From NCBI RefSeq assembly GCF_001194135.2, contig NC_068982.1:10868898-10932897 (forward strand): a stretch of DNA of 64,000 nt, written 5' to 3'. Shown in pieces: positions 38,730-53,018 of this stretch (within the stretch, counting starts at the first letter, position 1; every line of letters starts with the position of its first letter). The notes under the pieces are model-generated. The model was not told where the DNA came from and did no database searches. It was given only the letters and a program-made list of their open reading frames with translations. This DNA comes from Octopus bimaculoides. Lineage: Eukaryota. The translations under genes were made by a program, and so were the position numbers.

Positions 38730-40385
38730 NNNNNNNNNNNNNNNNNNNNNNNNNNNNNNNNNNNNNNNNNNNNNNNNNNNNNNNNNNNNNNNNNNNNNNN
38801 NNNNNNNNNNNNNNNNNNNNNNNNNNNNNNNNNNNNNNNNNNNNNNNNNNNNNNNNNNNNNNNNNNNNNNNNNNNNNNNNNNNNNNNNNNNNTTACTTTC
38901 GAACTCCATGTTGCTGTTACATGCAACAATTCTGCATGAAAGGAAGTGTTTATATGATGTCAAAAAAATTATCTAAATACGATCTCTATTCAAGGAAACT
39001 TGGTTTTTATTGGCAAGCCTTTTACTTTTCATCTAAAGCCGTGCTTGTTTCCGTGAAATAGCTCATTGGATTTATTTGACATTTCCTAAGTTTCAGTGAT
39101 ATATTAAAGAAATTACCATAGAAATTTTCAATGTGAATGACGAGAGTGTTTCACCGACGACCTACACAATGCCACAACTTAGCTTTATCTTTGTAATCCC
39201 ATCTGAAGAATGCAATAAAGAAAAGCTAATGATATTTTTTCTGAGAATACCGACACTGACATTCGGTTGGAATAAAAATCAGCGCGAAAGTGTATCATAA
39301 AGGAAGTTTTTTAATTGAGTTGATACAAAGATCGATAGTTACTGAATACAATTAATATGAAATCTAATATGTTATATCTTGCATAGTCTTATTTTATATT
39401 TGAAATCTGAGAATTCAGATACAAAACAGAATTGTGACTAATCGGCATTATCAATGACATTTCACTAAAGATGACTTGCTTGCAAACATCATGTATTAGT
39501 TTACTACTTAAGATGTATGTTCGCTATAATAGAGCGACTTACTACATTATCAGGAAAATAGATTAGCAACGAGTTAGAACAAATTTTACTGAGATTCTCA
39601 AAAGATTGTTTTCATTAAATTTTAAATTGTCTTTAAACTACAAAAACATTTCGGATAATTTCATTATGTAGCTGACATTGTTATAGACATTTCGTTCAAG
39701 TTAAACTCATTCTTTCACTTTACCATTTAATCTTTATTGTTTGTGTGCAGAATATGATTCCTTTGATGCGATAAATGTTTCTTTTTCTGTACACAGTAAT
39801 TTCATATCTTAAGCAATATATTCACTGTAGCAAAGATGTTCTCTTAATCATTAGATCACAGATGCTCCTATGAATACATACTCAGTTTTGCAATGACCTT
39901 CATTATTCAAACTACTGACACATGTAACGTAGGTTCCAAACAATGCAGGCCACTTCTCCATTTTTTAAACTTATACGCAGATAAAATACTTACCAGACAC
40001 TAATCGGCTTCGCTTCACTTTTATATATTATTCATATATGAACAGTCATGATTTTTGTTCAAATATTAAAAGCTTCAAAAGCATATACAATCAGTATTCT
40101 CCAGAAAAGTGTTCCAATGAATGAGTCGCTCGTAGATTCAATATTATACGATAGATCAAAATACAAGCTGGCTTTATTTCAATGATTATCACATTTTAAG
40201 TATTTATCATTAAAACTCCGAGATTCCAATAAGGTTTACGTGATAAATTTTCGAGTATTTGGAGTTTTGGGGTAAAAGTATACCGTTCAATTATTTTCAT
40301 ATGTAACATTTTACCAAATCCTTTGAGATTTCATTTACTTCATTACATATATGACATGTGATTTACGTATGTAGAAATTTTTTGA

Positions 40386-40985
40386 TTATTGGTTTCAAAT
40401 TTTGGCAAGAGGACAGCAAGTTGGAAGAAGTGGGTAGGTCGATTACTTTCAACCCCAGTGTGCGAAAAGCTAAAGGGCAAAGTTGACCTCGGTGGAATTT
40501 GAACTCAGAACGTACACATATGAAATGCAGTTAAGCATTTTACCCGGCGTGCGAACGATTCTGCCAGCTCACCACCCTAAATTTCTTTATACGTATTAAG
40601 GCAGCGAACTGACAAAATCGTTAGCACATCGGACAAAACGCTTAGCGGCATTTCCCCAGTTTTTACGTTTAGAGTTCAAATTCCATCGTGGTCGACTTTG
40701 TCTTTCATCCTTTCGGACCCGATGAAACAAGTACCAGTCGATCACTGGGCTCGACGTAATTGACACCCGCAAATTTTCAGGCCTTGTACCAATAGTGGAA
40801 ACGATTATTGATATGTGTATTATGGCATTCTTTCTGGTTCTTTATGTTTTAAGTTCAAATCCCGGTGTGGTAAACTTTGTCCTTCACACTCCAAATTTGA
40901 TAAAATAGAGTGCCAGGTTCAACGGCATGCACTAATCCATTTACCTCAAAATTGCTGACTTTGTCCCTAAATTAGGAAGCATTAT
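40386..40985. mobile_element. SINE family A cluster: minus 40386-40577, plus 40598-40810, degenerate plus 40830-40985
   Basis: Family A motifs (gacctcggtggaatttgaactcag; gagttcaaattcc). Confidence 0.8.
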
Positions 40986-42714
40986 TTATGTATATATTGA
41001 CAAACTCTATCATTATAATCAATTTAATGTCCATAAACAACATAGTTTTGAAGAAATGGTTTCATTTCTTTGCATTTCAGTAATCAAGATAAGATGTGAC
41101 CACCATTTTTAAGTTGTGGATTTTCTACTGAATAAGAAGTTTTAAATATCTGGATTTAGTAGGATTTAATATCTGGATTTGGTAAGGTTTATTTCATTCA
41201 CCTTTACACAATCAGTATGTATGAATGTTTGCATGTGCTCACAGATAAACGAAGTATAAATTTTCACTTATTAGTTCATTCTAGGTGATAAAAAGACAAC
41301 AAATAGTTTCTATTTTGGATATCATGAATAATTATTTAACAACAAATTTGAATCACGACAATTGAAATCAGTGCACATTAAAATATTTTAAACAGCCCTT
41401 TATTCTTAATGTCATTTAATGATAATGTAAAACCATCTTTGAACATTATAATCTAAAGTTCTGTTGAATCGCTAACTTTTTCATGCAAGGAAGGATGTGA
41501 ATGCGAAAATTTTATGAGATTTATATTTCTTGTTAACTACCAAACAGTTAAACCAAAATCATAACGTAAAGAGTAGTGAAAAGATCCACAAACATGCTTA
41601 TGAGCTCAAGGTTATAAAAGAAAAATTCTTCGTTAACTAAAAACAGAGAATGGCTTCCTCGGAGTAATTTTAAATATTAAAAAAAATCTTTCAAAAGGTA
41701 ACAAGGTATGCGACATTCTATTTTACATTAATCAATTTAAACTGGAAGTTCAAATGAGCTATGTTAAAACCAGGTTTAAAGGAACAAATCCTCTCTTGTA
41801 ATAGAAAATATTGAAACATAAAAAACTTCATTTTTTTCTACATTATTCAGGTTCCTTAGAGAACGAGTATTTCATTAAATAGAGTTTTAACAGAGATCTC
41901 CTAGAGATGAAGATAATTTTTAAGGTATCTGAATTATTGAATATTCATGACATAACATAAAATATTAAGAGCGTTATGACATGTTCGTATGAAAGCCAAA
42001 TATACTCTTGAACCGAAGGAGTTGGTTTAATTCAATGCCTTACATAAAAATATCATTTTATTTAATAACACAGCGTTAAATTAATGTAGCATAGAAGCCA
42101 ATCACTTCGGTAAACAGATAATTAAGCAGTCATTGGTCTTTCAACAGCAGTCCTTGGTCTCTCCATCAATATGTCAACACAAAAGTTTTAGGAATCATTC
42201 CTCATAAGAAGTTATTTAGAGGACTGGCACTAAGATTAAATTTGATATTGCCTTCAGGATAAAGGACCATGGGCCGTAGTAACTATTCAGTCGAGTTATG
42301 CATTTATGCATATTTAATCATCAATATTTTCAGCATATTTGATCTGTTATGCTCGTATCTGTTGTACTCATGTCATATGTAATGAATCTCATAGAATCAG
42401 GCATTGTCAAGTAAACACCATTGTGATTCTGGGCTGACTGAATCATCTGACTCGGTTTAAATCTTTCGAATTGCTTCAAAGCAATTATCTATTTCTCCGT
42501 TAATGCTATTGAAGCTACATTTTTTGTGCATGGCTAGGAATGTTCCTTAAATCGTCTGAATCGCCTTGAATCTTTTGAACCTCCTCAAGCAAAGCTTTAT
42601 TCACTTCGGCAAGGTGTTAGCACTACACCTTCGATACAATATTAGCAATGTATCACTCGAATAATGTCAGCATATAATTCAGAATTCACTTACGATTCGA
42701 AACGTATCCTAAAC

Positions 42715-42760
<46 letters not shown>

Positions 42761-43319
42761 CACACGCCAACACCTTACATCGTAATTATCTCAACCAGCT
42801 CTGCCTTGTTCAACACCCTTACCATAAATACCCCATATTTCATACTCTTTGAAATAAGAGAAGAATTTCTTATGAATGATAATCGACAAACTAGCCATCC
42901 ACATATTTCTCTTAACAATTGATCTCTGCGTGAATAACCAATAGGGAACAAATTCTCATTTAACTCCTTTAATACTAATTAAATGACAATATTATCGATG
43001 TTTTATCACGGTGTGGAATCTGACTAGATGAAACGTACTAAAAGTAAGTCGCTTTAGTTAATCTAAAATATAGCCAATGAGAACAGTTTCATGCATTTCG
43101 AATAATATTGTCGATAATGAATTGATAACTTTCTATCTATATTCATGCACTAATATCTTCTATGTCATTATATCAACCCTAAAACTTACTCAATGTTTGT
43201 TTTTATTTCAAGCCTAATCGATACATAAATCACTTGCAATGATATCACAAGGATAAAGGATCAATTAATATTGAAAATAAACAGAAAGAAGGAAGAGTAA
43301 AGATTGACACTCTAAACAC

Positions 43320-43730
43320 AAGGCACTACTTTAGGCACAAGGTCCGAAATTTGGGGGGAAGGAAGCCAGTCGATTAGATCGATTCCAGTACGCAACTAGT
43401 ACTTAATTTATCGATCCCGAAAGAATGAAAGGCAAAGTCGACCTCGGCGGAATTTGACCTAAGAACGTAACGGCAGACGAAATACCGCTAAGCATTTTGC
43501 CCGGTGTGCTAACGTTTCTTATTTCTTTATTGCCCATAAGGGGCTAAACATAGAGGGGACAACCAAGGGCAGATAAAGGGATTAAGTCGATTACATCTAC
43601 CCCAGTGCGTAACTGGTACTTAATTTATCGACCCCGAAAAAATGAAAGGTAAAGTCAATCTCGGCGGAATTTGAACTCAGAACGTAAAGCATTTCGCCCG
43701 GTGTGCTAACATTTCTGCCAGTTCACCGAT
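43320..43730 (-). mobile_element. Dimer of SINE family A (A2+A1), minus strand
   Basis: Reverse complement has the same organisation as 12184-12607. Confidence 0.88.
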
Positions 43731-46080
43731 TTAATATAAACACATATTTCGTAGTTTATATAAACTTCTCTTTAAAATTCAGTTCATCATTGTAGAATAT
43801 GCTTGTTGTTATATTATAAGAATTCGGTCTTGTTATGAAATATTCTCCGTTAAATTATCAGAAAGAAACATAACAAAAATATCCGATTTCGCATTATTAC
43901 GGAAAGGACAGATGTTAGCAAAATATTTTTATAATCTAGTTTGGGCGTACACCAAAGATTCATAGCAATCTACTTACTAGTTGAGAGTCTGGCGTAGCTT
44001 CGACGAAGTTATCATTTTTTTATATTGATGTTCGAGAGAGAGAGATGAAATACCAAAGTTCTCGTCTCTTCTGCCTTAAAACTAAAAGGACACATTAGTT
44101 AATGTACTTCTCAAACAAAGATACTGTCAAATAATTGGTTATATATCTGCACGTTCAATATTGAACTAAGTCAATTTTCATGCCTCAATGTATCTCCAGT
44201 GTAATAAAATAAATATTTGTATTTACGTCTTCGTGGAATTACATTTTATTATCCCAGAACTTTCAAAGATTTGCGTTTATTTTTTGACAAAGGCATATTC
44301 TGTTCCAAATGATAATCGTCTACTTTCACTTCTAACTGTAAACAACCTTTTCTAAATCTCGTCCTCTAAGTAATATTGATTTTCTCGCATTTTCAACAAT
44401 ATATTTCTAGTCAAAGGTTGCTTCTTTCAGATTCTTTTTTATTCGTTTAAATGGATCTACTCCTTTCATAACATCTGTTCAATCATGAAAATTGAACTAC
44501 GTAAAAGTTTAGTTTGCTTATGGAAAATTAAAGAATTTCTTAACGCTTCTGTTATAAAGTGAAATACGTATCCTACGGCAAAAGTTCTATAACTGCTTCT
44601 TGCAGATTATAGGATTATGACGACAAACAAATTCAAATTTCCTAGAACCTATTTCAGTGCTTCTTTAATAGAATTAAATGTAATCTCTTTCAAATCATTT
44701 ATTTGTATGCTATACAATTTCTGTTTGAACTACGTTCTATCAACGATATTATTTCCCAAAATTCATTGTTTTACATGGACGAATCGACATAATCACCGGA
44801 CAACTTCTTGCGATGTTTGATTATGTACCTTTACATTTTCCCTTTAAATACCCCCACTCCATGATTTATTTACTCTTAATTATTTCACAGTTGATTACTG
44901 TGAAGTACTAGTCAATTGATTACGGTAAAGTACTGGTCAATTTATCGAACTTGGTCAGTCCAAAAGTTTGTGATTGTAAGAAAATGTCTAAACATACTTT
45001 CACCAAATTATCTAAAGTTGGCTTCTTATTAATCTAATATCTACTAATAAATTCGTATTTAACACATGATGTGTTGCATGAAACAGTATAAAATCAAAGC
45101 AGAGATTGGATTTATTAGAATGAAATCTGGGAAATTCTATTGTTATTTGAAAAGTAATTCTTAAAATTCTCTAAGTCTAATTCTTGAAGCGAAGATTAGG
45201 AGTAGCTGGAATCCGCTTAGAATATGACTGCGTCTTATCTGTTGACCTCAGAATAATAAAAGATGAGGCCTTTTCCCAGCACAACTTCAACCTATGACGT
45301 AATGAGACAAAATTAAATAATAACGGTCAAACGATTTAGAGTTTTGCCAATTTATTGCTCTCTTTGTATCGAAGCCATATTACCTTAGCAGTAGACTGTC
45401 AAAATCGTTAGTCTGATGAGAAAATGCTTTGTGTTATTTTAATTATGTTGTTTACATCCTGAATTCAAAAGCCGTCGGGATCGATTCGACCGTTTATATT
45501 TGAGGTGTCTTCTTTTTATAAAATGAGTACCCATCGACTACTGGAGCTGATGCAGTCGACTTGTGATCGTCAGAAATCTATATAGACAAGTTGTCTATTT
45601 AAACGCATTTTTGCCTTTTACTTGGAAATTGAGTGGAGTTAAAATTCAATAAATTTACAGAAATTATAAAATGTACTAAATATCATAGTACTGAATATAT
45701 TTAGTCGCGTATCGCTCTTAAACACAAACGCTGTATTTTTAAAGGATCGTTCAACTTTCGGTAAAATTACTATCAGATGTATACTGGAACTAGTTTGAGT
45801 AATTATACAATAAATCTTATATCATATATGGGTACGAACACAATATTAAGCAATTAACATGTATTGCAAAACTAAATACAGAACAAAAAGCAAGTTTCCA
45901 CGGATGGCTCACTGGAGAAACTTCTCTTCTCTAACTTTATACTCTACAGAGACATCAGATTCGTTTCTTAATGCTTCTTTCACAATTCCCTCTGCAGTCA
46001 TTCTTACGACATTTATTTGATTCCTTATCGTCGTAGAAATACTAATAATATAATAAAAATAAAATAATACTAATAATATA

Positions 46081-46265
46081 AGGAGTGGCTGTGTGGTAAG
46101 TAGCTTGTTTACCGACCACATGGTTCTGGGTTCAGTCCCACTGCGTGGCACCTTGGGCAAGTGTCTTCTACTATAGCCTCGGGCCGACCAAAGCCTTGTG
46201 AGTGGATTTGGTAGACGGAAACTGAAAGAAACCCGTCGTATATATGTGTATATATATATATATAT
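46081..46265 (+). mobile_element. SINE family B 5' half running into (TA)n and a gap
   Basis: Nearly identical to 34581-34745, with N-gap 46266-46670. Confidence 0.9.
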
Positions 46266-46670
46266 NNNNNNNNNNNNNNNNNNNNNNNNNNNNNNNNNNN
46301 NNNNNNNNNNNNNNNNNNNNNNNNNNNNNNNNNNNNNNNNNNNNNNNNNNNNNNNNNNNNNNNNNNNNNNNNNNNNNNNNNNNNNNNNNNNNNNNNNNNN
46401 NNNNNNNNNNNNNNNNNNNNNNNNNNNNNNNNNNNNNNNNNNNNNNNNNNNNNNNNNNNNNNNNNNNNNNNNNNNNNNNNNNNNNNNNNNNNNNNNNNNN
46501 NNNNNNNNNNNNNNNNNNNNNNNNNNNNNNNNNNNNNNNNNNNNNNNNNNNNNNNNNNNNNNNNNNNNNNNNNNNNNNNNNNNNNNNNNNNNNNNNNNNN
46601 NNNNNNNNNNNNNNNNNNNNNNNNNNNNNNNNNNNNNNNNNNNNNNNNNNNNNNNNNNNNNNNNNNNNNN

Positions 46671-46702
<32 letters not shown>

Positions 46703-47789
46703 TTAGGGGCCTACGTACAGTTAATTAGCTCCTTTCTGATTTCAGAAAGTTTTTGATACAGGTGGCTATATATAATTTTTTGTGCAAAGAGAAGGCGGAT
46801 GGTATTGAACTCCCTGGTAAGTAATCCTCAAAATAACCGACTGATCCTTTTGTTTTGTGCGTGAGGAGACTGTAGAATCATTTGTTTACATGTAGACATT
46901 TTATTCGATTACATTCATAGTGCCAACTAAGACTAACACTACTACAATAGATAGTACTCTAAAGTAAATTTACAAATACTGATGAGTTTTATAATTAAAC
47001 AAAATAGATATAAATAGTAATTAAATTTCAGACTGTTTTTATTTTCATTTTTATTGACAAAGAAGCAACAGAAAACGCAATTTAACCAAATCATAGATTC
47101 TTTCGAGGGAGTATTAAATTAATTAAAAGTCGCGAGTTCGTTCCACTTCGACTGGAAAATATTTATTATTGCTTAAGTGAAAAGCTTTATGAAGTTAGCG
47201 TTCAATTTTAATGAAGATTTCTTTACATCGAAAAATTAATGCTTTTCATTAGAAATTCTAATGAATATTCCAATTTTTTCAATTTTTTTATATACTCTCT
47301 CAATTGTTTTTCTCTAAAGAAAGCAAAAAATAAATTGATTTAATTATAACCAGATATAGAAAAACGTCTGTCTCCTGGTTTTCCCGCAAGGAACAACATA
47401 TCTCGTAAACAATGTATATATGCATGTGTGTTATATTTATATATACAAATGTATATAGAATGTATTTTAAAGTGTTGTTACTATGTTCTAAAGTGTAGCT
47501 TCTAAGTTTCATATCAGCATCTTTTTCATCACGAGTAGCAGATTTCGTTCAGTTTATGTTGTTGTGTTGGGTTTTTTCCTTTTTGCTTTTTGCTTTCAGT
47601 AAGATAACGATCTGTATGTTATGTCAACCAGTTCGTGCTGTGCAACATTTCCACCAATGTCGACTGTGTTTCATAGTTTCTTCGCATGGTTTTATAGAAT
47701 GCTACATGTGAATAGGTTAGTAGCTTCGAACTCAAAACTTCTCTATATAGATACATTGAATGGTTCTCTCAAACGCTCACAGTGCAGTC

Positions 47790-48194
47790 TCTTCTACTCT
47801 TCTACTTGTTTCAGTCATTTTGACTGCGGCCATGCTGGAGCACCGCCTTTAGTCGAGCAAATCGACACCAGGACTTATTCTTGGTAAGCCTAGTACTTAT
47901 TCTATCGGACCCTTTTGCAGAACCGCTAAGTTACGGAAACGTAAACACACCAGCATCGGTTGTCAAGCGATGTTGGGGGGACAAACACAGACACACAAAC
48001 ACATACACATACATATATATATACATATATACGACGGGTTTCTTTCAGTTTCCGTCTACCAAATCCACTCACAAGGCTTTGGTCGGCCCGGGGCTATAGT
48101 AGAAGACACTTGCCCAAGTTGCCACGCAGTGGGACTGAACCTAGAACTATGTGGTTGGTAAGCAAGCTACTTACCACACAGCCACTCCTACACC
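47790..48194 (-). mobile_element. SINE family B, complete copy
   Basis: Reverse complement of the 34576-34990 organisation. Confidence 0.92.
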
Positions 48195-48345
48195 TGAAAC
48201 CATTTCTGAAAAAGAGAAAGAGGGAAGGATGCATGACTGTTCCTTCGCTGTCAATATATCTCAATACATCGCAGTAATGAAAGACAAAGATGACGCCGAT
48301 GAGATTTTGAACTTAAAATGCATAAATCTGAAAGAATTATTGTAA

Positions 48346-48700
48346 CAGGTGTGGCTGTGTGTTAAGAAGCGTACTTCCGGCTCACATGGCTCCAGGTTCA
48401 ATTCCACTGCGTTGCACCTTGGGCAAATGTCAACCTTGAGCCTACCAAAGCTTTCTGAGTGGATTTGGCAGATGGAAACTGAAAGCCCATCGTATGTGTG
48501 TGTGTGTGTGTGTGTGTGTCCTTGTTTATATTTTGCCCCAACACCGCTTGGTAACCGGTGTCGGTGTGTTTACGTCCCCGTAACGTAGCGGTTCGGCAAA
48601 AAGGCCCGATAGAATATGTACTGAGGTTGATTCATTCGACTAAGAGTTCTTCAAGGCGGAACTCCAGCACGGACGCAGTCCCATGACTGAAACAATTTAA
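48346..48700 (+). mobile_element. SINE family B, diverged
   Basis: Head gtggctgtgt, body, (TG)n and tail atgactgaaacaa. Confidence 0.85.
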
Positions 48701-49780
48701 AGGCAACAGAAAAGATGAAAGGCAGCCCATTTGCTCGAAACAAGACCATGAGTCCAACCGACAGTCCTGTTGTGAAATCCATATTATATAAAAATTATTA
48801 ATTCAATAAATGGCAACTCATGTATTCTAAATAGGATTCGTGAAAGTTATTTTTCCAAGTGAGCTTTCATGTAGATGCACGCATGATGTAAACTAGACAC
48901 AAACCAAATGTAGAATAGCATGACTCTGTTTTGAACGTTATTTTATATAAAGACTATTACTTTAAAGTATAAACATATGAACATGAATTCCAGCGGCATG
49001 AAATAAGGTTTCAGAAATCAAAGACAGCGAATTATTTTTCTGAATGAAACCATATCAAAACCGAAATAAAATCAGCTATTGAAATATCATATATATATGA
49101 GAGTATGTCTACGTGTGTAAGTAATCTTTGGCTGTGTGTGTGTGCCATATTGTGTTCCGTTGAAATAGATGCGATTTACATACCTAGCCAAGTGGAATAC
49201 AGTATTAACTTTTTTCCATTAAAATATAAAAGTTATAAATATCCCCCTTCAGACTGTGTCGATTTCAGATTTCAGACAATTACAAAATCTGATTTGTCTG
49301 TACATTTTCATTGGGATATCAGCGTGTTTAATTTGTTTATTCGTGCATAAATTTCAAAAACAAACATATTTTCAGTGATTGAGAGCAAGCATTTAACTAG
49401 AGTTTGCTCTATAGAATCTGTTCCAGAATGAAATACTAAAACAAGAGATCAAATTTTTATATGTTATGTCTAAGCAATATGTTTATTACTATCACTGATG
49501 ATGACAGCCAGCATACAAGGTCTATGAACAATTGCATGAAACAGCACATGAATAATATTAAGTGAAGCCTTGATACTTCGAAATAATGACTTGCAGTGCG
49601 CGCTGCTTCTGTAAACAAGAATATTAATGAAAGCACTTTTATAAAAGGAAGACTGTATACTCTGAGGAAAACATTTTGCATGTATACATACATATATACA
49701 TATGAGTATATATATTATATATATATATATAATACACACATACATATATATATAGAGAGAGAGAGAGGGAGAGAGAGAGA

Positions 49781-49941
49781 GGCGCAGTTGTGATTGTGTG
49801 GTAAGAAGCTTACTTCCCAACCACATGGTTCCGGGTCCAGTCCCACTGCGTGACACCTTAGGGAAGTGTTTTCTACCACAGTATCGGGCCGACAAAAGAC
49901 ACTGATAGAATAAGTACTAGGCTTACAAAAAGAATATTTCT
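49781..49941 (+). mobile_element. Internally deleted SINE family B running into a 10-N gap
   Basis: Head joined directly to gatagaataagtactaggcttacaa. Confidence 0.8.
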
Positions 49942-50364
49942 NNNNNNNNNNTTAATGAAAGCACTTTTATAAAAGGAAGACTGTATACTCTGAGGAAAAC
50001 ATTTTGCATGTATACATACATATATACATATGAGTATATATATTATATATATATATATAAAGTATGTACGTGTGTATGTATGTATATTGCAAGAGAAAGC
50101 TGAAACAAATACTAGAAATGGAGATAAAAGTATTTAGAGCTTTGAATGAAAAACGCAAGAACAAAATGGTGTAATACAGTGAGTAGTTATGTTGGTTTTC
50201 TGACGCTTATCCGCAGATCATTTGTGAACAAGCAGAAGTATTACTGGAGCAATCTCAGACGAGCCAATTCCATCATTTCCGACTTAGTGTATGGGGAACT
50301 TCTTTCTCTTATGTACCCTTCTCCATAATCTGCCTTTCAACAACTTGTCCATTAAGGTGTGCAG

Positions 50365-50530
50365 TTACGTTTTAGAATGTTCGACCCATGGGCTTACGAA
50401 CATAATGTCTTAGGTTCGAGTTTTGGACAGGTGGCGCGTTGTGTCTTTAAGTAAGGCACTTCATTTCCCGTTGCTCTGGTGCACTCAGCTTTATTGATTA
50501 CCTGCTGGATGCTGGTAAAACTCTATCCTA
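50365..50530 (+). mobile_element. Degenerate SINE family C
   Basis: ggttcgagtt...gcgcgttgtgtctttaagtaaggcacttcatttcccgttgctctggtgcactcagc resembles 17700-17775. Confidence 0.55.
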
Positions 50531-52140
50531 TCAACTACCACATCCTGGCTGTCCGCTGGTTCATGCGTGTGGGTTTAGAGAGTGTGGTTTTATTTGCTCC
50601 CAACTACACAGGCATTTTATACAATCAGCAAAAGCATGTTACATGCTATCAAGTCATAATCACTCGTCAGCGATAACCGGTGGTGCTCTACTTTATAGAA
50701 CTTAGCAGCGAAGATAATGAATAAACATCTGGATAAACACGTGTTTCCAGTAGAAACTAAGGGTTGTTTCAAAGGCATGTAAGGCTATAAGATCAATTAT
50801 TTCAACCAATAATCGATAACAGTAAAATAGGAATAAAGGTAGATCAAGTATTGACTGCCAGGAAAATTTTGACAGTGTTTGCTATACGTGTGTCCTGGAA
50901 ACATTAATCGTAGAAAGAAAACTTCAATATAAGTATATACATCACTTCTGCCATGAGTAAGCGACAAGCAATTCTGCAGATGCAGAAAAAAGACTGAATT
51001 ATAAAAGTAAGCCTCATTTATGTTAGAAGAGGAATATTTCAATGTAAAATTCACACACCATTACCGTTTTGTATGGCACAAACATATTTGAGGAAAGTGT
51101 TAAACCAAACTGAACTTGGATAAACAGACTATATTAACACTAAAAGAATCCACTATCTTTTTTATACGAAAGGCCTAACGTTGAATATATCGGATTATGA
51201 AGAACTAAGATACTGCTATTGATAGTAAATTATTTGCATCAAAAATTAATATGAGATTCGGATTTGAACCAGAGCAAGCCTGAAGAATTGAAAGAACACG
51301 CGTATCCTGTTAATACAAAAAAAGAATCAGATAAAAAGAAGTTCAATAAGTACTTATTCAAAAATACTTCGCAATCAATTAGCTTTGACAGCACACATCA
51401 CATACAAATGAAATAAAGTATTATGATTGTAAATTATAGATGCATTAAAATAATGCTTAAAACATAGATAAACCCGAAATAAAACATGTTAAGGTGCATC
51501 AATATCTTAGCTATTTCAGTTCAAATAGTAATACTTTTGACGGGAAGCCAAATGAATTAGCAAAACTAGATAGGATAAAAGAAAATAATGACTACATTTA
51601 AAATATTCCATCCAAAATCTGACAGAGAAAAATTATATTCACCATGAAGCTAAGGAGTTCATTCTATTTCATAGTATCTACTGTATGACTACTAATACCT
51701 GCTAAAACATCTGCTAAAGAACGATGAAAATACGCATGAAAATAAAAATGTGTTTTCTGTCTTCGTGAAGACGATTAAATAGAAAACAAGTATCTGAAGT
51801 GACAGACAGTCGGTAAGTGAAAGAAAACGCAGATGATTACTTACGAAAAGAAAAGCAAACTAACATTCCGAACTAAAATGTAGTCACAGAACACCGTGCT
51901 AAACTGATGTCAAGAAAAGCATCAAATCAGACAAAATTGAATGAATAAGCATCCTAGAAATAAACCACCCGTGAGCATTTTCACTTTTGGGCAAGACGAT
52001 GAGACTCTTCGTCTCTTTGACAGTTCGACAGTACTTCATAACCGATCGGTAGGATATTTACCAACAATCTATCATTTTTCTTTTTGATACGTTTGTACCC
52101 GATCTCCTCTTCAATTTCTACAATATTCATCTTGTTCTAT

Positions 52141-52545
52141 AGCAGAATCGTTAGCACGCTGGACGAATGCTTAGCGGTATTTCGTCTGCCGCTACGTTCT
52201 GAGTTCAAATTCCACCGAGGCCGACTTTGCCTTTCATCCTTTCGGGGTTGATACATTAAGTACCAGTTGCGTACTGAGGTCGATCTAATCGACTGGCCCT
52301 CTTCCCCAAAATTTCGGGCTTTGTGCCGGGAGGAGAAAAGAATATTTATCTTGTTCTATAGCAGAATCTTTGTCACGCTGGGCAAAATGCTTAGCGGCAT
52401 TTCGTCCATCCTTACGTTCTATATTCAAATTCCGCCGTGGTCGACTATGTTTTTCTTCCTTTCGGGGTCGATAAAGTAAGTACCATTTGAGCACCTGAGT
52501 CAACATAATTGACTTGAATCTACCCCCAAAATTGCTGATTTGAAA
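52141..52545 (+). mobile_element. Two tandem SINE family A copies; the first has a 19-bp TSD
   Basis: aatattcatcttgttctat (52122-52140) and aatatttatcttgttctat (52340-52358). Confidence 0.85.
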
Positions 52546-52799
52546 CCAATTTTTTGCTGTTCTCCTCTTTAGGGGCTCTCAAAACTAGTTCCGTCAACGG
52601 TGAAATTCAGAAACACCAAAGAGGCGTGGACTCTCCGTTAAATTACTTTCCGCTTCTCATTTACCTTTAACCTGGAATTACTTTTAACCTTTTCTTTCTT
52701 TGCTTTCTTTTCTCCCGTATGATGAGACGCAGGTGAGTGACCACAACAATAACAACATTGTGTTACAAACTAAGTTCGATGACAGCTATTTTTAGCATC

Positions 52800-52843
52800 A
52801 TGATGATGATGACGATGACGACGACGACGAAGAAGAAGAAGAA

Positions 52844-52875
<32 letters not shown>

Positions 52876-52880
52876 AGAAA
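52800..52880 (+). repeat. Compound (GAT)(GAC)(GAA)n trinucleotide repeat
   Basis: Seen directly. Confidence 0.9.
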
Positions 52881-53018
52881 GTTTCTGGCCCATTGGAAAC
52901 TCCCTTCATTTAAACATTATGCCACTATTTGTTTCTTTGGTTTATATATATATCGCTGCCGATTCATCAGTTAGCGTATATATGCGATTTTATTTCCGTA
53001 CTTTCCATATATATGCTG

